From: a virus
Strand: one strand, 5' to 3'
Virus record (IMG/VR): IMGVR_UViG_3300042520_001767
Location: 130,625 to 194,624 of that record
Length of the DNA stretch: 64,000 nucleotides
Every line of letters starts with the position of its first letter. The first letter of the stretch is position 1. The translations under genes were made by a program, and so were the position numbers. This document shows, one piece after another, positions 56,413-64,000 of this stretch. A model generated the notes under the pieces. That model was not told where the DNA came from. It saw only the letters and a program-made list of their open reading frames with translations, and did not search any database.

Positions 56413-56634
56413 TTAGTCAAATTCCCCATTGTTTTGACAACCCTCATACCATAAGTCGGGACAATCACATTGTGCTAATGTATGTTTGCAACACGCACAC
56501 TCAATGTCTTCATCGTTCATTTCGTGTAATAACACACTACCACAATGTCCACACGTTACAATATTTATATTCGCTAATGCTTGTACTCGGTCTTGTAACG
56601 CTATTTGTTTTTCTGCTAATTGTCTTTTTGTCAT
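56413..56634 (-). CDS. Cys-rich Zn-binding protein (73 aa)
   Basis: CGHC...CACC...CDCPD. Confidence 0.7.
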   Translation of the reverse strand: MTKRQLAEKQIALQDRVQALANINIVTCGHCGSVLLHEMNDEDIECACCKHTLAQCDCPDLWYEGCQNNGEFD

Positions 56635-56678
56635 ATCGTTTGTGTTTTGATTAGTTATTCAAAGATAAGAATTTTATT

Positions 56679-57005
56679 TTAATTAAACAAACAAACTTCC
56701 ATCAAATAATCATGTTGTTCATCACTTAATTTACCAACACTATCATACTCATATTTCTTATGAATATAAACTTCATCAGAAATCTCAACCTTTGTAGTTA
56801 TCGTAATATCCAATAACGCTCCAATAATACTCTCAAATCCCATCCCATCATCTAAACTACCATCTAATAAAGAGTCTTTAGCTTTTTGAATTAACTCTTC
56901 TCTTGTTTTAGTTTTGATTGTTTTAATCGGATAACATCCAACCCCACCACCCCATAAATTTCCCAATACCATTCCTTTCGCTTTGTAACTAATTTTCTTT
57001 GACAT
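56679..57005 (-). CDS. Hypothetical protein (108 aa)
   Basis: ORF after promoter. Confidence 0.7.
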   Translation of the reverse strand: MSKKISYKAKGMVLGNLWGGGVGCYPIKTIKTKTREELIQKAKDSLLDGSLDDGMGFESIIGALLDITITTKVEISDEVYIHKKYEYDSVGKLSDEQHDYLMEVCLFN

Positions 57006-57148
57006 ATTATTTTGTTTTTATTATTAATTCCTTTTAACAAATATAAATAAAATAATCAAATATACCAAACAAATTTTCAATTATTTTTAATTATTTTTTT
57101 TATCATATTTTATTTGGTAATATCAAAACTATTCCCTATCTTTGTAAT

Positions 57149-57213
57149 GTAGATATGATACGGGTCGAGCTAACAACTTGATAGAGTAGACTGCCGCCAG
57201 GCGTAGAACCAAA
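57149..57213 (+). ncRNA. Repeated ncRNA candidate, copy 6
   Basis: ACGGGTCGAGCTAACAACTTGATAGAGTAGACTGCCGCCAGGCGTAGAACC. Confidence 0.6.
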
Positions 57214-57262
57214 TAAAAAATAACCATAAAAAAATAACCCTACCATTATGATAGGGTTATTT

Positions 57263-57664
57263 TTATTCAAATTCACACATTTCTTTTGTTAATAAATTAA
57301 ATTCTTTACCCTCACGAACATACCACTTCTCACCAATGAAAATGTAATCATATTCTTCACCTCTAATTTCTTCTTTGGTTGAATATTCATCTATACATAA
57401 TTCTTCATTTCTATCCCTATGGTAAGCTATAACAACATCAGCTTGCGGAATATCAAACGAATGTGGTTTGGTTGGATTAGGGAATGGTTTTTCTCTTAAA
57501 CTAGATATATCACCCAAACTAATTAAATCATTAACCTTATCAATGGAATCATAATTCTCTAATAATAATCGCCCATTGTTGCTCGGATAACCATCCCAAT
57601 GACAATAAATTGTTTTTATTTTACCATCATTATCTTGTACTGAAATTGTGCTTCTAGTTGCCAT
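57263..57664 (-). CDS. Hypothetical protein (133 aa)
   Basis: MATRSTI...IYCHWDGYP motif common in phage proteins. Confidence 0.8.
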   Translation of the reverse strand: MATRSTISVQDNDGKIKTIYCHWDGYPSNNGRLLLENYDSIDKVNDLISLGDISSLREKPFPNPTKPHSFDIPQADVVIAYHRDRNEELCIDEYSTKEEIRGEEYDYIFIGEKWYVREGKEFNLLTKEMCEFE

Positions 57665-57731
57665 AATATTTTTTGTTTTGATTAGTTATACAAATATAAT
57701 ACTTTTATTTTAATTTACCAAATTTATTTTG

Positions 57732-57953
57732 TTAAAAATACTCTTCTTCATATTGCTCAATTTGAAAATTAATTTCTTCACAAACTCTTTCATTATCAAA
57801 AGTTTTTTCTAAAATATCCATTGCTTGCTCTTCTGTAAGATTACCATCTTTAAATGACTTCACATCATCAATATTATATAGAGTATCTACATAATACCCA
57901 TTCTCTCTTAACACTGCTTTTGCTTTTTCAATTGCTTCTAAATCTCTTACCAT
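57732..57953 (-). CDS. Hypothetical protein (about 73 aa)
   Basis: Start MVRDL after leader. Confidence 0.7.
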   Translation of the reverse strand: MVRDLEAIEKAKAVLRENGYYVDTLYNIDDVKSFKDGNLTEEQAMDILEKTFDNERVCEEINFQIEQYEEEYF

Positions 57954-58034
57954 AATATTTTTGTTTTGATTAGTTATACAAATATAAATAAAATAATCCA
58001 CATTACCAAATATAATGTGGATTATTTTTAATGT

Positions 58035-58163
58035 TTAATACCCACCCGTAAATGTAATTAATATCCCACCATTTTTTTCTACCGATTCAAATGTTACTCC
58101 CGCTTTGATTAATCCCGATAACATGTCATTAAAAGTTTCTGTTGATACAAATAAAGTTCCCAT
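58035..58163 (-). CDS. Small protein (42 aa, not in track), paralog of 43759..43887
   Basis: MGTLFVSTETFNDMLSGLIKAGVTFESVEKNGGILITFTGGY. Confidence 0.75.
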   Translation of the reverse strand: MGTLFVSTETFNDMLSGLIKAGVTFESVEKNGGILITFTGGY

Positions 58164-58243
58164 AGTGTTTGTGTTTATTGATTAGAGTACAAATATAAAA
58201 CAAATAATCCATATTACCTAACATAATATGGATTATTTTTAAA

Positions 58244-58951
58244 TTATTTTTCAATAAGACCTCTCACTGAATTATTACTAATTTCTATCTTTTCAGCCAA
58301 CAAATCTTTTGTGTCACTTTCGGGATTACTCATTATTAATTGCCTTAACATTTGGTCGGTCATCCCAATCTGTTCCAATATGTGTAACATCGTTTCTCCA
58401 TCAACACAATTACCATGGTCAAGCGTTTTAAGTGTTTGTATAACTTCGTTTACCTTGTCAAATGTTTCGGGTTTACTACATTGATATGTTGGTGGTTCTT
58501 TGCAATCACAACATAAATGAACTCCATTTTCCATCTTTGTCATTACAGTTTCTTCTTCTTTTATATTACATTCATCACAAGTCTTATAGGGTATCCCACC
58601 ACTTGATAATTCTTCTTTAACCACAAATAATTCATACCAATTATTTTCAATACATTCAGAATCATTTAAATCCAATGCAACATCAATATCCCTAGCTCCC
58701 CTTAAAATTGAATCATGGTCATTAACACTCATTACAAAGGCTACGTCATTGTCAACACGTTCCGTATAACCACTAATCGCATCATTTATCTCACTAGAGG
58801 TATTTAATACACAAATCATTCTTTTTTCAATTTCAGAAATAAGATTAGATAAAGAATCTAAATCACGCCCAACTTCATCATCTAACTCATATAAAGAATA
58901 TTTCTGCATTGTTCCTACTAACTGATTAAAACTTTTTCTTAATGTTCCCAT
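58244..58951 (-). CDS. Hypothetical protein with Zn-finger segment (235 aa)
   Basis: CDEC...CCDC. Confidence 0.75.
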   Translation of the reverse strand: MGTLRKSFNQLVGTMQKYSLYELDDEVGRDLDSLSNLISEIEKRMICVLNTSSEINDAISGYTERVDNDVAFVMSVNDHDSILRGARDIDVALDLNDSECIENNWYELFVVKEELSSGGIPYKTCDECNIKEEETVMTKMENGVHLCCDCKEPPTYQCSKPETFDKVNEVIQTLKTLDHGNCVDGETMLHILEQIGMTDQMLRQLIMSNPESDTKDLLAEKIEISNNSVRGLIEK

Positions 58952-59042
58952 AGTGTTTGTGTTTATTGATTAGATTACAAATATAATAATTTTATTTTAA
59001 TCCACCAAATAATTGATAGGTTATTTTTAATTTATTTTAATT

Positions 59043-59306
59043 CTAAAAGTCTTCTAATAATTCCCCATTATAAGGGTCATAAATTGTTCCACTTTCAACT
59101 GCTTCACATTCAACAAGAAACAATCCAGCATCTTGATTATAATACATTTCAACTTCAATAGGGTCATTGGCAAGTATTTCTGCTTCTTCACGTGTTGCAC
59201 CACTATTCATATTTGATAGTACTCTTTGTTCCCACGCTATTGGTGTTTTTTCTTTTGATAAAGTAATCGTTACTGATTCGTAGTTATCTGAATTATTTAA
59301 TTTCAT
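59043..59306 (-). CDS. Hypothetical protein (87 aa)
   Basis: ORF after module. Confidence 0.7.
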   Translation of the reverse strand: MKLNNSDNYESVTITLSKEKTPIAWEQRVLSNMNSGATREEAEILANDPIEVEMYYNQDAGLFLVECEAVESGTIYDPYNGELLEDF

Positions 59307-59381
59307 AGTGTTTGTGTTTATTGATTAGATTACAAATATAATAATTTTATTTTAATATACCAAATTTATTTTTAATTATTT

Positions 59382-59612
59382 TTAATCATTGATATATTCC
59401 CATCCATCCAATTCTTTTAACTCCATTTCTATTGGTCTTAAACCATAAGGTTCAGCATCCAAATAATAATCAAAGATATAACCCAATGGTTCTAACTCAA
59501 TCAATAACCTATCCAACTCAAAATAGGTGTTTTCACAATTTTCATCAAAGGTTTCCAATATAGCTTTTACTTCATCGGGAATCAATTCGGGTGTCTCAAA
59601 TAAATCTTTCAT
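59382..59612 (-). CDS. Hypothetical protein (76 aa)
   Basis: ORF after promoter. Confidence 0.7.
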   Translation of the reverse strand: MKDLFETPELIPDEVKAILETFDENCENTYFELDRLLIELEPLGYIFDYYLDAEPYGLRPIEMELKELDGWEYIND

Positions 59613-59743
59613 ATCTTATATCGTTTTGTTTTAACAAATATAATACTTTTATCCCATTATACCAAATAAAATAACATAAAAAATAATTTATTTTTTTTAT
59701 ATGAAAATTAGGATATGTCATTCATATTACCTATCTTTGTAGT

Positions 59744-59847
59744 GTTGGTGGTAATAACCGAAACAGGTCGCTTAATCAAGTGATAGAGTGGACTGCCGCC
59801 AGGCGTAGAACCAAAGGTTCAGCTCCAACCTACCTTATATTTTTTTT
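59744..59847 (+). ncRNA. Repeated ncRNA candidate, copy 7 (long form)
   Basis: ACAGGTCGCTTAATCAAGTGATAGAGTGGACTGCCGCCAGGCGTAGAACCAAAGGTTCAGCTCC...TTTTTT. Confidence 0.6.
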
Positions 59848-59943
59848 ACCATATAACAAAAAAATTTGCAAAGATAAGAAATAAATCCCACCTTTGCAAA
59901 TAAAGTTATTAACAAGGGGAATATTTCATCCCCTTGATTATTG

Positions 59944-60831
59944 TTAATAATTTAAAGCAAATTCCAAACTTGCTTGGTTCATATTATATCCATTACCTTG
60001 AAGTAAGGTTTCAATCTTTCCATTTTCACGTTTAGGACTTGATAATTCGTGTGTAGTGTAATATGTGATTCCACTATGTAAACCCCATAATGTGTTACCT
60101 TTATCATTCATTTCACGCTCAATAGAATTATATAAAGATTCCATTTTGTTTATACTACGTGTAGCCTTATCTGCTAAATCATTTACACTAGTATAAACCT
60201 TATCAAAACCTAATAAGTGTTTAACCATTTTATGTGCTAAATCACGTGTAATTTCAGTACTAGCAAAATCATTGTATAATTGAATTTGTTTCATACTTTC
60301 ATTTAAAGCAGTCTCAATCAAAAAGGGAATTTCTTTTATCCTACGCTCTAGGCTTGCAGTATGTCTAAACTTACTTTGACCACTCTTATAAAACATATAA
60401 AATTGGTTTTGACAACTCATTGTCAAATCACCAATACCAACCGATAACCCAGTACTACCATCATTACTATCTACAATAGTAATGTACTTTTTAATAACAT
60501 CATTACCTACTCTACCATCACCATTAATAGATAATTGTAAAAATACTTTACGTCCACCATTCAACGCACCACCTTTAGTAACCTCAATATCACTACCGAA
60601 TGGCTCAATACCACGCAATACCAAATCTACAATCTCTTCATTCTGTGATACAGAATATCCCTCCTTAACTGTATTAATAACCTCATTGGTCTTGCTATTA
60701 ATAAGACCAAAATAATCACTAGGTACATAAAGACCATTAGAATTTAATGCCATCATTGGTGCTTTTTCAATAGTGAAATCTAAACCATTGTTTAATAAAA
60801 TTTCCTGCAATTTTGAGCTTTGTGTATTCAT
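59944..60831 (-). CDS. DUF932/DUF945-like protein
   Basis: Y...QNEE, G.L.GGRKVF, NDGS, C.NQ, RHT, TLWG motifs. Confidence 0.75.
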   Translation of the reverse strand: MNTQSSKLQEILLNNGLDFTIEKAPMMALNSNGLYVPSDYFGLINSKTNEVINTVKEGYSVSQNEEIVDLVLRGIEPFGSDIEVTKGGALNGGRKVFLQLSINGDGRVGNDVIKKYITIVDSNDGSTGLSVGIGDLTMSCQNQFYMFYKSGQSKFRHTASLERRIKEIPFLIETALNESMKQIQLYNDFASTEITRDLAHKMVKHLLGFDKVYTSVNDLADKATRSINKMESLYNSIEREMNDKGNTLWGLHSGITYYTTHELSSPKRENGKIETLLQGNGYNMNQASLEFALNY

Positions 60832-61078
60832 AATATATAGTGTTTGATTAATTGATTAATTTTCTACTCTACAAATATAAAACATTTATTCAATTCAACA
60901 AAATAATTTAACACTTATTTTTATTCTTTTACATTATTCTTAGTAAATAACCATTATCATTACGAATAATATAATGAACCCCATACCTATATTCTAGTTT
61001 TATTGAATTATTCGCAATAAATCAAAAATAACCACTATTTTATTTGGTAGATTAAAAACTATTCCCTATCTTTGTAAT

Positions 61079-61144
61079 GTAGATAAGATACAGGTCGCTT
61101 TATCAAGTGAAAGAGTAGACTCCACCATACCTTATATTTTTTTT
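61079..61144 (+). ncRNA. Repeated ncRNA candidate, copy 8
   Basis: ACAGGTCGCTTTATCAAGTGAAAGAGTAGACTCC...ACCTTATATTTTTT. Confidence 0.6.
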
Positions 61145-61225
61145 ATATGTGAAAATTAAAAATGCAAAATAAGACTATAATTTAATATAGTCTTATTTTG
61201 CATTTTAAGGTACTTTTAAGATACG

Positions 61226-62047
61226 TTAAACCAATTCCGATACTTGGCTTTCAATAGACTTATAAACGCTATCTATAGAGCTAAAAATAGCATCTATATT
61301 ATTTTTAGTGTCAATAACAAAACCACTAGAAAAAGCTAATTTGTTTTTTTCTGAACCACCACTACCCGTCATTTTTTTATACTTTAATCCTACAATAACA
61401 TTTTTTTTATCCAAAAAACGTAAATCATCAGCATCGCCATTAATAACCTCAAAACCATTGTAAGAAGTTGGTAATTTGTCAAATACCATAGCTACATTAA
61501 AACCACGTTTTAATAATTCCATTGCCTTGGTATCGTTAGACTCACTACGACTAAAAGTTAAATGATAATTATTTGGTAACACTTTATCAAAACGTAAATA
61601 ATTTTTTGTATAATCATAAAATTGTACGTCAGGAAACATTTCAAAAATGTTTTTAGTGTTATTATCAAATACCCTATATTTCTCAAAAGGTAAATCACTA
61701 GTGCCATTTAATCTAATAGTAACAATAGCTTTGCCCTCATTTTTTTTAACCGCTTTGCCAATTTCAGTATGCAATTGATTCATAAACTCAATACGATTAC
61801 TTAAAAAATATTCAGTCTTATTTATACGACCTTGCATTACACTAGTATACATACCACCAAAACCACTACCCACTAAACAACTATCGGCACAACCTTTACT
61901 AGCATGACTACAAACATTAATACCTTTACTATTCAAATTGAAAGGACTCATATACGTAATATAAGTAATATAGCCCAATTTCTCGCCTTTAATGGTTTTT
62001 GCATTGTTAGTACTTAATAACGGTTTTCTTTTTACTGAATTACTCAT
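61226..62047 (-). CDS. Gp88-like protein
   Basis: C..AS.GC...CL, RLNGTSD, VQFYDYTK, YHLTFSRSE, GD..DLRFLD, VGLK.K. Confidence 0.75.
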   Translation of the reverse strand: MSNSVKRKPLLSTNNAKTIKGEKLGYITYITYMSPFNLNSKGINVCSHASKGCADSCLVGSGFGGMYTSVMQGRINKTEYFLSNRIEFMNQLHTEIGKAVKKNEGKAIVTIRLNGTSDLPFEKYRVFDNNTKNIFEMFPDVQFYDYTKNYLRFDKVLPNNYHLTFSRSESNDTKAMELLKRGFNVAMVFDKLPTSYNGFEVINGDADDLRFLDKKNVIVGLKYKKMTGSGGSEKNKLAFSSGFVIDTKNNIDAIFSSIDSVYKSIESQVSELV

Positions 62048-62251
62048 AGTGTTTGTGTTTATTGATTAGATTACAAATATAAGATAAAGTTTTTAATCTA
62101 CAAAATATTTTAACAACTTTTTTAAAATATTTTTTTTACCTTAGTATATAATAAGTTTCTTTATTAATACATTACAAATATAAAACAAAATTATTTAATA
62201 TCCTAATATAAATAATTTTTTTTATAACTTTTTTTTACCTATCTTTGTAAT

Positions 62252-62305
62252 GTACATAAGATACAGGTCGCTTTATCAAGTGAAAGAGTAGACTCCATCC
62301 AAGAC
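62252..62305 (+). ncRNA. Repeated ncRNA candidate, copy 9
   Basis: Core identical to copy 8, after TATCTTTG. Confidence 0.6.
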
Positions 62306-62886
62306 TAAATCCAACTTATTAAGAATCATTATAAATAAACTAAATATTTTGGTATATCCAATTATTATAACTACCTTTGTAGGTAAATTGATAATATAAC
62401 TATTTTTGCCTATGTAAACAATTATAACCATAACCATTATTATACCCATACCACAAATAGTGGATGGAGAAATACACCCAAAAAGTAATCTTTTTGGGCA
62501 AGTATACATGCTCATAACTCAAGAAGTTATGAGCTAAACTTGTGTACCCATATTTGTGGAATAATCCACACGAAACCATATACCCAAATTTTAAATATCG
62601 GGTAAGGTTCTATATATAATAATGTTAACCAGTCATTTTGTTATTTAGCAAACTAATAATATTAAATTCAATTTTAATAGGTTATCTCAATTTAATAACC
62701 TAATTTTATTATCAACACTATAAAAAACCCGAAGGCATGACGTGAACCAAGTTTAAATAACCCTTGTATACACAATTGTGTACATGTAGGAGTAATACTA
62801 TACCCTTATCTTAATATTGGTAAGGAAAACCATGCAAAAAAATTTCAGCTGGAAAATTAGTCGAGAGTTTGAGAACAGTATAGAGT

Positions 62887-63040
62887 TTTTCTATCATTTT
62901 CTGTATTATAATTTTCTATCATTTTCTGTATTATAATTTTCTGTCATTTTCTTATATTATAATTTTCTGTCATTTCCTATACTATTATTTCCTATATTAT
63001 AGTTTTCTGTCATTTCCTATACTATCATTTCCTATATTCT
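62887..63040. repeat. About five 25-26-bp degenerate tandem repeats
   Basis: TTTTCTATCATTTTCTGTATTATAA twice, then variants. Confidence 0.8.
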
Positions 63041-63283
63041 ATCTATCTTCTTTATCTATTATGTTTATTGGTTCATTACCAATCAATACTTTATGCTTAT
63101 ATAGTATTAAATAATCATTTTCTATTTTGTGGTACTACTTTCTTACTTCTTTTCTTTATTTCTGGTATCAATAGCCCTTTTTATCATCAAAAACGCATTA
63201 TAATTCTTACGTGAGAATTTAGGTACATAAAAGAACTAATATTTATATAATAATATTATATATTAGTACTTACTTTGCTAGTT

Positions 63284-63703
63284 TTAAATTTTGATATTAT
63301 TTAGGTTATATTTTTCCAGTATATTATTTTTCAGTATTTTTTTTATTAGTTTTATTGCGTCTTTATTGTTATATGTACACAATTGTGTACATATTTGTTT
63401 ATTTATTTTAACTTCGTTAAATAGGTTATTATTATAGTCTGTATTTTTGTATAGTAATATTGTATTAATTTTATTAAGGTTATCTATATTTAATCTGTAA
63501 TAGTATTCTATATTTTTATTATTTAGTTCTTGATTAAAGAAATAGAATCTTTTTTGTATTTGATAATTGTTTGGGGTGTTAATGTAGTATATTTTATTAT
63601 TTTTATTATATCTTATTTCTTCAATTAGTATATTGTTTATATATTCTTTTGTTATGTGTATTTGAAAAGAGTTTTTATGTAAAGACATTTCTTGTTTATA
63701 CAT
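63284..63703 (-). CDS. Hypothetical N/I/K/Y-rich protein (about 139 aa)
   Basis: Likely start MYKQE; low complexity. Confidence 0.4.
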   Translation of the reverse strand: MYKQEMSLHKNSFQIHITKEYINNILIEEIRYNKNNKIYYINTPNNYQIQKRFYFFNQELNNKNIEYYYRLNIDNLNKINTILLYKNTDYNNNLFNEVKINKQICTQLCTYNNKDAIKLIKKILKNNILEKYNLNNIKI

Positions 63704-63743
63704 TTCTATTATATTTTTAGTTGAATGGGTGTTTTTGTTGTGT

Positions 63744-64000
63744 TTATTTATTATATACTGAATTCCATACTGAATCACTTACTGAATCCCTTACTGAATT
63801 ACTTACTGAATCCCTTACTGAATTATGTACTGAACGATTTACTGAATTCCATACTGAAATACTTACTGAACTATATACTGAATCCCATACTGAATTCCTT
63901 ACTGAATTATCTACTGAATTCCATACTGAATTCCTTACTGAAATACTTACTGAAATACTTACTGAAATACTTACTGAAATACTTACTGAATCGCATACTG
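63744..64000 (-). CDS. 3' end of a protein with (S-V-x-x)n tetrapeptide repeats
   Basis: About 21 12-bp units TACTGAAnnnnn; minus frame reads ...SVRNSVWNSVDNSVRNSVWDSV...SVWNSVYNK-stop. Confidence 0.65.
   Translation of the reverse strand, partial: VCDSVSISVSISVSISVSISVRNSVWNSVDNSVRNSVWDSVYSSVSISVWNSVNRSVHNSVRDSVSNSVRDSVSDSVWNSVYNK

Larger units (their letters stand above)
33025..62200 (-). promoter_or_regulatory. About 50 copies of a Bacteroidota housekeeping promoter (TTTG -33, TAnnTTTG -7) with conserved leader TAATCTAATCAA, each ahead of one or two small genes
   Basis: Plus-strand (GATTAGATTA)CAAATATA or CAAAGATA recurs at for example 33830, 35525, 36830, 39060, 44635, 47025, 51350, 55045, 58970, 62065; one plus-oriented copy at about 34810. 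Confidence 0.9.

Noticed and set aside
33025-62200. Recurring about 30-bp motif as a CRISPR array
   Set aside because: Spacing is irregular (200-900 bp), the intervals are whole ORFs, the motif matches a promoter consensus, and no cas genes are present.
62276-62515. Track ORF of 79 aa
   Set aside because: No promoter module or recognisable features, and it overlaps ncRNA copy 9 antisense.
63756-64000. 12-bp tandem repeat as replication iterons
   Set aside because: The unit is a multiple of 3, variation is confined to two codons, and the minus frame stays open to a normal stop, so coding is the better explanation.
1-64000. Eukaryotic giant virus or bacterial chromosome origin
   Set aside because: T4-type terminase, bacterial promoter consensus, coupled operons and dense small ORFans point to a tailed phage; host-like genes (clpC, thyA, trxA) are scattered among phage genes.

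Overview
Very AT-rich segment of a large tailed dsDNA phage with a T4-type large terminase. The host is most likely Bacteroidota, judged from about 50 TTTG...TAnnTTTG promoters plus Bacteroidota-style signal peptides and a lipoprotein. Left half (1-32.5 kb) holds core and probable late genes: terL with two cis inteins only 9 aa apart, a DUF285/BspA-like repeat protein, thyA, a clpC fractured by an atypically split intein with a free-standing endonuclease between the halves, trxA, GT2 plus metallophosphoesterase, several GNAT and nucleotidyltransferase fusions, and two homopolymer -1 frameshift gene fusions. A G-rich, repeat-rich boundary lies at 32.55-32.85 kb. Right half (33-64 kb) holds about 70 small, mostly unknown minus-strand genes, most behind their own copy of a fused terminator-promoter-leader module. 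Nine copies of a promoter-driven structured non-coding element are interspersed. Most strikingly, there are two integron-type cassette arrays (45.1-46.6 kb and 52.0-54.3 kb) whose attC-like sites follow the cassette junction rule at every full junction, with no integrase in the window. All calls are by eye from the sequence and ORF track; no searches were run, and counts are hand counts.
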